Below, in pieces: positions 19,673-29,872 of a stretch of DNA of 64,000 nucleotides. A program made the position numbers and the translations under genes. The stretch is from IMG/VR virus record IMGVR_UViG_3300026521_000527, positions 72,865 to 136,864 of that record; one strand, given 5' to 3'. Numbering within the stretch: the first letter of the stretch is position 1; each line of letters starts with the position of its first letter. Below the pieces are notes generated by a model. That model worked only from the letters and a program-made list of their open reading frames with translations, did no database searches and was not told where the DNA came from. This DNA comes from a virus.

Positions 19673-20650
19673 TTAAACGATATTTTGATTATTATATGAA
19701 ATTAAAAAATCATAATCATTTTTGTATAGATTCATATATACATCCAGAGATGTAATCATTTTTTTTGGAATACTAACGCTAAAAATATTTTTAGGATTGC
19801 AATGCATATTATTACTCGAATGATTTTTTGATAAAATTCTAGCTAGCTCATAAGATATGTCATTAAAATTTTTCCAATATTCATGACCACTAGGTGTACT
19901 ACCCCATATCATATAATTATCAACGATTGAATGCATTCTAATTAAAATTAAATCATTTTTAATTTTATGTCTGGCGACTTGATATATAAGAGAATCATCT
20001 CTTATTAAGTTATATTTTTTTTCATAATAAATTACAACCTCATGATAGAATTTATAAGCTGCTTTTTTATAAAAAGAAAATTTTTCCATACTCTCACTAT
20101 CAAATACTTGATCTTTTTTTCCAAGATAATTTAAAATATCCATTACCAATTCTTCTGGTTGTTGGAAGATAGCTAATAATTTTATAAATGGAATTCCAGG
20201 TTTAAGAAACATATTATCAAAATTCATCCTGAGATTATAACAAGAGCTTAATAATTCAATCTTTAATCCATATTCATATAAAATATTAATGGGATTACAT
20301 CTAACTCCAAAAAAACGATATTTTTTTGAATATTCAATGAACTCGAAAAATTTAGACATAATTTCAAACCAAGTGTCAATTTTTGTATCATAATCAATAT
20401 CAGAATTATATATTAATCTGATCTTTATTTTTAAATCATGAGACATCGTATTTTTAAAATCTTGCCATGCATCGATAACACCGTAATATGACATAATTAA
20501 ATCAATAGTTGTGTAATTGAAGTTTTCATTATCATCAGATTCAACTGATAATTGCTGATTTTGCTCAATAGTATGAAATAATAGCTCAAAATTTTTTTGA
20601 CTAATTTCAATATACTTTTCAGAATCTTTATTATTTATAATAGATTTCAT
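19673..20650 (-). CDS. Hypothetical protein
   Basis: 325-aa ORF with an RBS. Confidence 0.7.
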   Translation of the reverse strand: MKSIINNKDSEKYIEISQKNFELLFHTIEQNQQLSVESDDNENFNYTTIDLIMSYYGVIDAWQDFKNTMSHDLKIKIRLIYNSDIDYDTKIDTWFEIMSKFFEFIEYSKKYRFFGVRCNPINILYEYGLKIELLSSCYNLRMNFDNMFLKPGIPFIKLLAIFQQPEELVMDILNYLGKKDQVFDSESMEKFSFYKKAAYKFYHEVVIYYEKKYNLIRDDSLIYQVARHKIKNDLILIRMHSIVDNYMIWGSTPSGHEYWKNFNDISYELARILSKNHSSNNMHCNPKNIFSVSIPKKMITSLDVYMNLYKNDYDFLISYNNQNIV

Positions 20651-20707
20651 TTTTTTCCTTTAATGTTTTTAAAAAATATAGTAATAAAAAATAAGTACAG
20701 AAGGGTC

Positions 20708-20743
20708 TTGCTTCGAGTGATGTTTAAACATCACTCGAAGCAA
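20708..20743. repeat. Perfect 36-bp palindrome overlapping the last codons of gat-queC
   Basis: ttgcttcgagtgatgttt|aaacatcactcgaagcaa. Confidence 0.95.
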
Positions 20744-22067
20744 TTGCTTCTTGTCTTAGTATACATGATCCACATTTGCCACAAGGTTCTCCATTTTTTG
20801 GAAAATAGCAACTAAATGAAATATCGAGGATTTCATTTAGTATCTCATCACCAAATTCTTCTCTAAATGATTTAATCATATTTGTCTTTGTCAATCCAAA
20901 ATAAGGTGAGATAACTCTATATCCTCCTGTAATTTTAAAATCTTTCCCACCAAATTTTACGACGGTTGATATAGCTTCCAACCAACCTTCACTATTATCC
21001 ATAAAAACCATACCCTCGGATAAATTTAATCCAAAAAGAATATCTACATTTTTTAGATTCATTGATTCAGCAAGAGCCGCTAAATCTATAGCAAATTGAC
21101 TATTTCTATATGGAACATAAGCTATTGGTGATTCCGTTTCGGATTTATCACCGATTGCATTTTTATTAGCTATTTTTGGCAACTGAGCATCAGTAATTTT
21201 AAAATAGTGCTTAAAGAATTTTTTAGCATTAATAATATTTACTTCAGCTCCTGGATAAATTCTCCTTTTGAAATCTTCAATTGCTTTGAGTTCTTTTGAA
21301 CTCGCGCGAGTTCCCCAATCAAAATAATTTAAAATTACTCTTCGATAATGAGTTGATAATAATTTATACGTTGATAACGATATATCCATTCCGCCGGAAA
21401 AAGCAACCATTAAAGTTCTTTGATTTGAATCTTTTTGACTTTTCTTTTCAAAGAGTTCAAAAGAACTGGTTCCCAAAATATTTTCAAAAATAACATTATC
21501 GAATTTATCCTTGATTACATTTCTTACCCATACTTTTAGTCCATGTTCAATAAACTTGAACATGTAATCAATTTTATCCAAATATATTATACTGAAGGAA
21601 CCTTCAGCTTCATCTAGATTTGATAACTCTTGTAAGATATCTGTATCTATCTTTATTTTAGTGTTATATTTTTCAGCTAATTTTTCAGCATTATAAACAG
21701 TCCCATGAACTGAAAAAATAATATCATCAAAATTGCAGGAAGTATATGGCTGTAATATATTTGGATATCCAATTTCCATTTCAGGTTCTTGTCGAGAGAA
21801 AATCATAAAATTGTATTTTTTTTCAGGATTGTATCCTTCAACAACTGCTTTTAAATTTTGCTCAAAAGCATATAATACTTCATCAATTGTATTTCCGGTA
21901 AATATAGTGTGCTTTTTATTGTCACTATCCGCGACTAACATTGATGTGTAATCATGTTTCCCATTCTGGGAGCCTTTTATTTTCAAATAGTTTTTTAAAT
22001 ATTTTTTAGCTTCTGGATTGTCAACAACAGTTGACCCTTTTGCAGTAAAAGATATTATTTGACACAT
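20724..22067 (-). CDS. Gat-QueC fusion (class II glutamine amidotransferase plus QueC)
   Basis: N-terminal Met-Cys (Ntn nucleophile) and HGTVYN, then FSGGMD, YFDWG, YVPYRN and the Zn motif CY..CGKCGSC. Confidence 0.85.
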   Translation of the reverse strand: MCQIISFTAKGSTVVDNPEAKKYLKNYLKIKGSQNGKHDYTSMLVADSDNKKHTIFTGNTIDEVLYAFEQNLKAVVEGYNPEKKYNFMIFSRQEPEMEIGYPNILQPYTSCNFDDIIFSVHGTVYNAEKLAEKYNTKIKIDTDILQELSNLDEAEGSFSIIYLDKIDYMFKFIEHGLKVWVRNVIKDKFDNVIFENILGTSSFELFEKKSQKDSNQRTLMVAFSGGMDISLSTYKLLSTHYRRVILNYFDWGTRASSKELKAIEDFKRRIYPGAEVNIINAKKFFKHYFKITDAQLPKIANKNAIGDKSETESPIAYVPYRNSQFAIDLAALAESMNLKNVDILFGLNLSEGMVFMDNSEGWLEAISTVVKFGGKDFKITGGYRVISPYFGLTKTNMIKSFREEFGDEILNEILDISFSCYFPKNGEPCGKCGSCILRQEAIASSDV

Positions 22068-22070
22068 TTT

Positions 22071-23006
22071 TTAGTCCTTTTCCTTTGATTTATTAATATA
22101 ATCAACGATAAAATTTTTAAAATCATTTAGATCATCATAAGAAAATATTTGATTTCTTGGTGAGCCACCGATGGCTAATTTTCCCCCAGCGTCTTTTCCA
22201 AAAAATATATTTAAAGGTTCTATTACTCCTTGCAATCCAAACACGGAAATAGCAATTTCATCATTTCGACAACTTAAAGTTATGGCTCCAGTAGTCTGAT
22301 GTAATTGGATTATTATATCTGCCTTTTTTCCATTAATCTCATATGCTGTTGTAAGTTTAAATGGTGCGGAGTATATAAAAATACCTAAATCCCCAAGAGA
22401 CAATTCATCAATAATATATTTTTCTGCCTGTTCTTGTTGGGCATCAAGCCATTGATAAACTTCCGCCATTTTTTCATCAGGTATTTTTTCAAGTTTAAGA
22501 ATATCAGAAATTCTAAGTAGTAATTTTTTAACTTCCTTGGTAACATCTTTTAAAGAATAACCATTATCGTGTATAATCCATGAGTTTACTAAATACCCAA
22601 GATATAAATATTTATCATGAATATTTGACGGTAATTCTCTTACATAATCTATTGTATTATGGATACCATAATTATCACAATATGCAATAATATTTGCAAT
22701 AAAAAAATTTTCTCGAGTAGGTTTTATCCATTTCCCAGCCCATAACATACCAAAAATAGTATCTAAATCAATATGAGATACAATAAATTTATTATAACTT
22801 TTTTTATTTTTAAAAAGTGTATATGAGGCGGATGGAGGAATATTGTATTGGATTGGAAAATGATGATTTAAACATATTTCAACACCATCATAAGACTCAT
22901 CCAATTTTTTATCACCATACTCTGTTTCAATTGCAACAATATTGCTTTTGAGGGATTTTGATGCTGCTATAGCAGCATCAAAATCCTTAGCCAGTAATAC
23001 TCTCAT
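22071..23006 (-). CDS. Putative DHH-like phosphoesterase
   Basis: ETEYG, LNHH, SHIDLDT and C-terminal GG..AIGGSPR (DHHA1-like). Likely start MRVLL at 23006. Confidence 0.4.
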   Translation of the reverse strand: MRVLLAKDFDAAIAASKSLKSNIVAIETEYGDKKLDESYDGVEICLNHHFPIQYNIPPSASYTLFKNKKSYNKFIVSHIDLDTIFGMLWAGKWIKPTRENFFIANIIAYCDNYGIHNTIDYVRELPSNIHDKYLYLGYLVNSWIIHDNGYSLKDVTKEVKKLLLRISDILKLEKIPDEKMAEVYQWLDAQQEQAEKYIIDELSLGDLGIFIYSAPFKLTTAYEINGKKADIIIQLHQTTGAITLSCRNDEIAISVFGLQGVIEPLNIFFGKDAGGKLAIGGSPRNQIFSYDDLNDFKNFIVDYINKSKEKD

Positions 23007-24384
23007 CTTGAAACTCTTGCTGTTGAGTGAGGATTTGAGCGGCCTCCTCAATTTTTAATACAGCTTTTGCAATTGCCTCCAAAAGAGGATGTTCAAATCC
23101 TTCTTGATTTGCAATGTACTGGATGTATTTCATCACACTATACCAATTTGGATTTAGCTCAAGAAGTAAATCTTCAGTTGGGATATCCGAAGTTATTCTT
23201 TTGCATGTTCTTGTAGTAGTTTGCAACCCACCATTTTTAAGTTCTTCCCAATTTATGGTGGTATTTTCAAATACTGTTGCCATATCCATTTCAACATCTG
23301 ATTCAATGACATTACAATCATCAAAATGATTAAACTTAACCAGATTTTCTTCTGGATAAGTTTCTGTATCACTTGAATGCACCACATAGAAATATGGCCA
23401 AGTTATGTAAACGGCTGTCAAAGTTACATTGTCATTTGAAATGACATATGCTTTTTCTGGTTGTAGTTCGATATTTGAAGTTGAACTTAATAGTTCAACT
23501 TTATCGGACAATGTTTTAATAAGTATCGTTAGATTTAAATCGACTACAACTTTATGACCATGCTCATCAACAGCATTTTGAATATATTTTGATACAACCT
23601 CAGTAAAACCAGTACTAAAAAGAGTCTCAATAACTTCTCTGGTCACTTGATTATTTGGAATCGCTAAATAATTTGATAGATTATTATCATTAAGATTTTC
23701 ATCTGTCGATGTTTCAACTATATGTTGAAACATCGAAGTTGTTATTTCACGAACTGGTGTTGGGACACCGATTGTATCTGCAGCTGGTGTATCTGCAGCT
23801 TGTGTTTGTACCTCAGCTTGTGTTTCTGCATCTTGTGTTTGTACCTCAGCTGGTGTATCTGCAGCTTGTGTTTGTACCTCAGCTGGTGTATCTGCAGCTT
23901 GTGTTTGTACCTCAGCTGGTGTATCTGCAGCTTGTGTTTGTACCTCAGCTGGTGCTTCTTCAACAGCTTGAACCCTCTGCTGAGGCAAGTGATGTCTAAT
24001 AATATTATCTAACGAGTTAATAATATTATCAAAAGAAGTGTCACCAGTAATTTGAGCTGCAGCAATATCTTGTGGTGATACATCAGCAACCAAGCTCTCT
24101 TCGAATTCACGAATTCTCGCAGCTATTGTCCCAGGAGCAAGCAATTCAAAAACTTGAATTGTACTCAATGCTTGTATAGGTATCGCTACTACCGGAGCCA
24201 ATTCAGGGATTGTCATTTCCCCATCTATATATTGAATTTTCTGTGAAAATTCAATCATCTGGTCTGTAAAACGTGTACAGACCCCATCAAAGTTTACAAA
24301 AGTTTGAGTGCCATTCGGCATTCTAAATGAACCTTCTATAGAAACCTCTGAATTTATGTCCAACGTTAATTGTTGCTGTTGCAT
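22987..24384 (-). CDS. Acidic hypothetical protein with an EVQTQAADTPA repeat linker
   Basis: 465-aa ORF with an RBS and an internal 11-aa repeat. Confidence 0.75.
   Translation of the reverse strand: MQQQQLTLDINSEVSIEGSFRMPNGTQTFVNFDGVCTRFTDQMIEFSQKIQYIDGEMTIPELAPVVAIPIQALSTIQVFELLAPGTIAARIREFEESLVADVSPQDIAAAQITGDTSFDNIINSLDNIIRHHLPQQRVQAVEEAPAEVQTQAADTPAEVQTQAADTPAEVQTQAADTPAEVQTQDAETQAEVQTQAADTPAADTIGVPTPVREITTSMFQHIVETSTDENLNDNNLSNYLAIPNNQVTREVIETLFSTGFTEVVSKYIQNAVDEHGHKVVVDLNLTILIKTLSDKVELLSSTSNIELQPEKAYVISNDNVTLTAVYITWPYFYVVHSSDTETYPEENLVKFNHFDDCNVIESDVEMDMATVFENTTINWEELKNGGLQTTTRTCKRITSDIPTEDLLLELNPNWYSVMKYIQYIANQEGFEHPLLEAIAKAVLKIEEAAQILTQQQEFQDESITG
23775..23953. repeat. 33-bp coding tandem repeat
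   Basis: The unit tgcagcttgtgtttgtacctcagctggtgtatc occurs about three times intact plus degenerate copies. Confidence 0.9.
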
Positions 24385-24452
24385 GAAATCTCCTTTAATT
24401 TTTTTGATTCTTTTTATTCTAATTATTTGAATATTTCAAATAAAATAAAAAG

Positions 24453-24486
24453 ATAGTGAGAGCAATCATGCTTGTGCTCTCACTAT
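24453..24486. repeat. Hairpin, 12-bp stem, 10-nt loop, just downstream of a promoter-like motif
   Basis: atagtgagagca / tgctctcactat. Confidence 0.85.
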
Positions 24487-24489
24487 AAT

Positions 24490-24518
24490 TATTTATATAC
24501 TTAATTGATTTATTCTAA
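24490..24518 (-). promoter_or_regulatory. Candidate phage promoter TTAGAATAA-N8-AGTATATAAATA
   Basis: The same bipartite motif occurs at 36555 and 44891; it contains the T4-late-like TATAAATA. Confidence 0.55.
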
Positions 24519-24536
24519 ACTTAGATTTAAAATATA

Positions 24537-26510
24537 TTAATCATTAAACTCCATACCAATTAATTTTAATGCAGTGTTCACAGCACGTTTTGTCAGTGAA
24601 CTATATTTTGGATTTAAATCATATCCACCGTCGGTTACATATCTAAGAATAAATGTTTCTTTTTCTGTTACAGTGCTATCTGACTTAATTGTATACAACT
24701 CTTTTAACATACCATTCTTCTCTTTATGAGCTAAAAGCGCAGCTAGTGTTTGCCAACTGATATGTTGCCCACCTTGCTTTTTTCTACCTCTTGCCGGCTG
24801 CCCAGTGATTTTACTATAGCTATTTGCAAAAGATACTGAAGTGTATTTGCTATAACTAGTATGATGTAATTTTAACCAGTAGTTTGATCCAATAAATCCT
24901 TTAATAGTTTTCGAGTACACCTGATCACCAAATACTCTATTTTTATAATGCCATTTATCTCTCAACCATTTTATTAAATCTTCTGAAATTTCAACTTCTT
25001 CTTTGCCCATAAATATACCGAAATACGAACCATATTTATCAAGAAATTCATCAAAAAATTCTTTATATTTTAATTTATTAAAATTACTAGAATATAAAAA
25101 GAAACCATTCTTTTTAACATCCTCTAAAAAATCTTCAAAGAGTTCTTTTTGACTCAAAAGCTCTTGAACTTTTTTGTAATAATCCTCATCTATTTTTTTA
25201 ATGTAATGTTCATTTATAAACATTACTCTTTCTCTAATAGCTTCTTGATCTTCTACTTTAGATTCAACATCTTCTATGATCTTGCTCAATCCAAGTTCAA
25301 AAACACTCCCCCAATTATTTCTACCAAATATACCAAGAGGATTAAAAATTGCATCAACACCAGCAGGCATTAATTCATCCGGAATAATCATAGAAATTAC
25401 ACCTTTACCTGCATATAAATTAGTGAATTTATCACCTCGAGTACTTCCAACGGTAATTGCTATATCGACTTCCAGTAAAAAATCAACTTCAGTAGGATCC
25501 AAACCGAATTCGTCTTTCAATTTAGTATCAAAAGACTTTGGAAATTTATCAACACCATAATAACTAGAATATATTTCTTCTGTTAATTTTAAATTTTCTT
25601 CATCACTTAATCCTATCGATTTAAACGTCTCTTGTAATTGATTTTTAAATACGATATTATTATTATAAAAAGTCTCAATCTCTCGAATAAGTCCTGGTGT
25701 ATAAATATATTCTTGATCGAGTTCTACAAAACTCTTCTTATTATTTTTATGAACTTTGACTGATTGTATATTACCACCAAGAATACCTTTTATATTTTTG
25801 GTAAAAAATAAAGATTCTTGTGAACTTAAGTTTTGTATTTCAGACACAAAGTGTTCACTGGTATCTATATTAAAAAATTTTATATATTCTTCAATATCCA
25901 TCACTTGTCCAGGCGAGAAGAAATATTGATCCATCCCGTTCCTTAGATATTTCCATTTCTTAGTCACCGGAATAAATAATTTTTGAGAGTATGAAATTTG
26001 AGCTCGTCTAGCAAATGATTCAGATACGACTAAAGCATCATCCGAAGTATATCCAAAAAAGCTACTAAATAATATTTTGGTCCTGTATCCTATTCTAGGC
26101 ATCTTTGATTCCGGATTCATATTAGTATAATCAAAAAGAAGTTCTCCTTTTTTAATTGGCCCAACTGGTGCGATATATTTTACACCGAGTGAAAGGTTAA
26201 CCATTTTTTTAAATTTCGGGACATGTTTAGATACCAGTTTTTTTAAACTGGTATAATAAATAATAATAGTCTCTCTGCTTGAAAGAATTACATAACCATC
26301 ATCTTGGGCAATTTGACTAAAAGGAGAATCAACTTCAGATATACCTAAATAATTTTTGTCAATTATAAATGGTGTTTCTGTTAAATTACTAACACATGCT
26401 TGCGTCTGCTGTTTACTTGACATATTTAACCTTGACGCTTCCACCGAGTTCGCAAACGATGTAAATGTTTCAATTTGAGGACTAAATAAAACTAAATTCT
26501 TTTTTTCCAT
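24537..26510 (-). CDS. Phage multi-subunit RNAP set A, beta subunit C-terminal part
   Basis: SRLNMSSKQQTQA, GYTSDDAL, GDKF...GKGVIS, FNPLG..GR.N.G, LKLHH and RGR..QGGQ. Confidence 0.9.
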   Translation of the reverse strand: MEKKNLVLFSPQIETFTSFANSVEASRLNMSSKQQTQACVSNLTETPFIIDKNYLGISEVDSPFSQIAQDDGYVILSSRETIIIYYTSLKKLVSKHVPKFKKMVNLSLGVKYIAPVGPIKKGELLFDYTNMNPESKMPRIGYRTKILFSSFFGYTSDDALVVSESFARRAQISYSQKLFIPVTKKWKYLRNGMDQYFFSPGQVMDIEEYIKFFNIDTSEHFVSEIQNLSSQESLFFTKNIKGILGGNIQSVKVHKNNKKSFVELDQEYIYTPGLIREIETFYNNNIVFKNQLQETFKSIGLSDEENLKLTEEIYSSYYGVDKFPKSFDTKLKDEFGLDPTEVDFLLEVDIAITVGSTRGDKFTNLYAGKGVISMIIPDELMPAGVDAIFNPLGIFGRNNWGSVFELGLSKIIEDVESKVEDQEAIRERVMFINEHYIKKIDEDYYKKVQELLSQKELFEDFLEDVKKNGFFLYSSNFNKLKYKEFFDEFLDKYGSYFGIFMGKEEVEISEDLIKWLRDKWHYKNRVFGDQVYSKTIKGFIGSNYWLKLHHTSYSKYTSVSFANSYSKITGQPARGRKKQGGQHISWQTLAALLAHKEKNGMLKELYTIKSDSTVTEKETFILRYVTDGGYDLNPKYSSLTKRAVNTALKLIGMEFND

Positions 26511-26520
26511 TGTGTTCCTT

Positions 26521-28011
26521 TTATTCTAAAGTGGTTTTCAACGCACCAGCATCAATTTCAAGAATTTCCTTAAAACTATTCGCTTCGGTTTTATCATAGC
26601 GAATACCATCAAATCTTGGATGCAATAAACTTGGATACCCATCCTTATTATAGCTAATACCATTGCATACAACCGAAATTATTTGCCCTAATCTTTCTTC
26701 TTTATGTGTCCAACCATATTCTCTTTCTTTTTCATCAAGACCAGGAGCTTTCGTTTTTATTTTTGAACAACTTGATTCAACAATATATGCACCCAAAGTA
26801 TTCTCATATTTAGTACCAGGATCACCTTGTCTAAAACCAGTTATTTTTAACTCAACTGATATCTCATGTTTGAGTTTAATTTGATATACTGGTTTGCCAG
26901 ATTTCCATTGACCCGTTCTTGATTTAACTATAGTTCCTTCACCACCTCTTTTTTTAATCTCAATAAAATGCTTTTTCGCTTCTTCAATTGATGTAATTAT
27001 TTTAGTATGGACTGGTTTAAAAAAAGAGTTGTTTTTCAATAGCCGTCTAACTAACTGGAATCTTTTTTTATACGGACTATCCGAAAACCCATTACGAAAT
27101 TCGTCTTTATTTATCACATCCCAACACACAAAGTAAATTCTAGACTTTAAGTCAAAATAATCATATTCCTCGGAGATCCTTTTAAACTCTCTAATTTTTT
27201 GATATTTTTGACCTTCTGCAACCTTTTTCTCAATTTTTGAAATACTATTCAAAAGACCATTTGATGTGTATCTATCAATTCCAGAAATTAATACTTCCGA
27301 ATTAAATACAACATCATCGAGTCCAAAAGCACTCATCTTCTTTAAAATTTTATTTATATTTTTATATTGATCTGCTGTCAAAGAACCTAGATAAATAGGC
27401 TTCATATCCCTAGTCAATAATCTTAAGGTTCTGCCTTTAACATCAAGAAAACCATTTGAATACATTCCATCCATTTTTTCTTGACTATAAAGAATATTAT
27501 TTTCTTTTTTAAAAAGATTATCTAATTTTTTAACACTGTATGGAATTGCTCCCATATAATGTTTATCCAAAACCAGATTTGGTACAGCTGCATTTATTTT
27601 CTTATACTGCATGCCAATTTTTAAATCCTTTTTAAGAAGATCTATGATTAAATATCTATGTTTATTTGGGACTCGAGATAACAACTCTTCGAGAAAATAT
27701 TTTGCTGCATGTCCGCGCAGCTTTTTATGGATTAAATTGAGTTCTAAATCACTCAAAGCTTCATATAAAGATAAGCTCTCTTTAGAATTAAAATCTTGAA
27801 TTTCAAGGGTATCTAAAGTTTTTTGACCAAGATTAAAAATAACATCTGGATTATAAACCATTTGAAAATATTTTTGAAATACTATTTTTTTATCAGTGGT
27901 TTTATCAGTGGTCGAGATATCTTTAAAAAATTCAGATAATATATTTATCTTTTTAAGAGTACTTGATTCATTTTTTAACTCAGTTATTAAATAATCTAAT
28001 TCGGTATACAT
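26521..28011 (-). CDS. ATP-dependent DNA ligase
   Basis: EKMDG (KxDG), NSEV, CWDV, EGTIVK, IKLK and an OB-fold LHPRF..IRYDK. Confidence 0.92.
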   Translation of the reverse strand: MYTELDYLITELKNESSTLKKINILSEFFKDISTTDKTTDKKIVFQKYFQMVYNPDVIFNLGQKTLDTLEIQDFNSKESLSLYEALSDLELNLIHKKLRGHAAKYFLEELLSRVPNKHRYLIIDLLKKDLKIGMQYKKINAAVPNLVLDKHYMGAIPYSVKKLDNLFKKENNILYSQEKMDGMYSNGFLDVKGRTLRLLTRDMKPIYLGSLTADQYKNINKILKKMSAFGLDDVVFNSEVLISGIDRYTSNGLLNSISKIEKKVAEGQKYQKIREFKRISEEYDYFDLKSRIYFVCWDVINKDEFRNGFSDSPYKKRFQLVRRLLKNNSFFKPVHTKIITSIEEAKKHFIEIKKRGGEGTIVKSRTGQWKSGKPVYQIKLKHEISVELKITGFRQGDPGTKYENTLGAYIVESSCSKIKTKAPGLDEKEREYGWTHKEERLGQIISVVCNGISYNKDGYPSLLHPRFDGIRYDKTEANSFKEILEIDAGALKTTLE

Positions 28012-28026
28012 TAGTCTCCTTTAAAA

Positions 28027-28512
28027 TTAATATCCAAAATCTAATTCATTATATGAATAATCCTCAGAATTCCACAAAGAAGATTCAAAATCGCCTTCAA
28101 ATACATTACCATCAGGATCATAATAATATAAACCAACTGGAATAAATTTTTCAACATCTCCATATTTATCATCAAAAAAATAATGTTCTAATATTAAAGT
28201 ATTTGCTCTACCAAATATAATATATGAATCAGTCGTCCAATCATCAACTATATCAAAATATTCGGCCGCCTGCCCAATATTGAAAACAAGATTATTTTCA
28301 ATAACATCCTTCGCATTGAAGATCTTCTCCTCAATAAAAACATCACCAGATGTGTTCAGAATTGCAAATCTTACTAAAATTTCATCACAATATGGTTCGG
28401 AAATGAGGTAGGCATCCGGATCATTTTTTAATGGAATAAAATTCCAACTACTATCCCTAATTGATTCTTGTAAAATTTCTAAATTATTTAATGATTGCAT
28501 CTTTTTACTCAT
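28027..28512 (-). CDS. Hypothetical protein
   Basis: 161-aa acidic ORF overlapping the upstream stop. Confidence 0.7.
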   Translation of the reverse strand: MSKKMQSLNNLEILQESIRDSSWNFIPLKNDPDAYLISEPYCDEILVRFAILNTSGDVFIEEKIFNAKDVIENNLVFNIGQAAEYFDIVDDWTTDSYIIFGRANTLILEHYFFDDKYGDVEKFIPVGLYYYDPDGNVFEGDFESSLWNSEDYSYNELDFGY

Positions 28513-29807
28513 TTTAACTCCTCAGTATATTTATTAATTATGTATTCAATTGATTCATCGTTTAATAAATCAGATTGGATATCTGATGGAACCACTTTTG
28601 ATTTCATTTTTCTTTGACTCAAATCAATCTCTTGTCCTGTAAACTTATAAACCATTTTCTCTAAACCTTCTTTAACCATATAACCTATTTCGATTTTTAA
28701 ATCAATTCGTCCTTTTCTCAAAAGCGCGTCATCCAACTCATCTAAGTTATTGGTAGTCGTAATTAATACACGCCCATGTGGACTTTTAACACCATCCATA
28801 ATTTTTAATAATTCTGAAAGTGTACTAAGACTCGAACCACCAGCCGCATCTTTTTGAATACCAGTTAACTCTTGCCCTTCATTAACTTTAAGTTCATTAA
28901 GTGCCGGTTCTTGATTTTCATTATTTTTAAACTTTTGGAAATCAAGTTGACGTTTCTTAGCACCAAGTGTATCAATTTCCTCTAATAATATTACACCATC
29001 ACTTGTATCTACATTCAAATGATGAGCAAAATTTGCTAAATAAAAATCTCTATTTAAATAACTCGCAATTGTTTTCGCTATTGAGGTTTTCCCAGTTCCC
29101 GGAGGCCCATAAAGCAATATTCCAAAGTGGTATGGAATATCTAAATCAATATACCTTTCTTCCTGTTCTATGAAACCATCAAGAGCATTTTTTATAAGAT
29201 CAATTTTTTCCTGTTCAATATAAATTGTATCAAAAGACCTCTTATATATTTGCCCAATAATCCTACTAGCATTACTTTCTATTTCATGGACCCATATTTT
29301 ATTTGGATCAGTGTGTTCGTTAATTGCTTCATGAAGTAGATTATCAAAAAATTTATGACTTCTTCCGAGGATAGTCAGACGCATCTCTTTTAAAATACCT
29401 GTCTGGATTTTTTCAGATTTTACATTTATCAGACAGAATTTCTTATTCAATTTAAATATCTGTGTACCATTCCCTATTGATTTTCCACCCTGAATGTTCG
29501 ATTTCCAAAAACCACTATTAAAATTTATTATTCTTGATTTTTTATCTAGATTATTTCCATCTTTATTTAAAATTTTTTCAACTTGATAATAAATACGATT
29601 ATCATCTGTGATAATTAAAGTAGTCGTTAAATGTTTTTTTAAAAATCTAATAAATCTTCCTGGAAGTTCTCTAGCTAAATAAAGACCGGTACTTCCAACG
29701 CCAGTTAAAATTAGACCGGTCGCAAATTCATTCCCACCTGTAATTAAATCTATATAGTTATTCACTGATTGGAATATACTCGTTAAAAACCCAACTTCAT
29801 CTTGCAT
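28509..29807 (-). CDS. BCS1-like membrane-anchored AAA+ ATPase
   Basis: N-terminal hydrophobic helix, GILLYGPPGTGKTS, ILLEEID and TTTN..LD.ALLR.GRID. Confidence 0.8.
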   Translation of the reverse strand: MQDEVGFLTSIFQSVNNYIDLITGGNEFATGLILTGVGSTGLYLARELPGRFIRFLKKHLTTTLIITDDNRIYYQVEKILNKDGNNLDKKSRIINFNSGFWKSNIQGGKSIGNGTQIFKLNKKFCLINVKSEKIQTGILKEMRLTILGRSHKFFDNLLHEAINEHTDPNKIWVHEIESNASRIIGQIYKRSFDTIYIEQEKIDLIKNALDGFIEQEERYIDLDIPYHFGILLYGPPGTGKTSIAKTIASYLNRDFYLANFAHHLNVDTSDGVILLEEIDTLGAKKRQLDFQKFKNNENQEPALNELKVNEGQELTGIQKDAAGGSSLSTLSELLKIMDGVKSPHGRVLITTTNNLDELDDALLRKGRIDLKIEIGYMVKEGLEKMVYKFTGQEIDLSQRKMKSKVVPSDIQSDLLNDESIEYIINKYTEELK

Positions 29808-29831
29808 TTTTTTCCTTTAATGTTTTTAATC

Positions 29832-29867
29832 TGGAGTTCAGAGGCACTCCAGTGCCTCTGAACTCCA
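29832..29867. repeat. Inverted repeat, 17-bp stem, 2-nt loop
   Basis: tggagttcagaggcact-cc-agtgcctctgaactcca. Confidence 0.95.
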
Positions 29868-29872
29868 CAATC

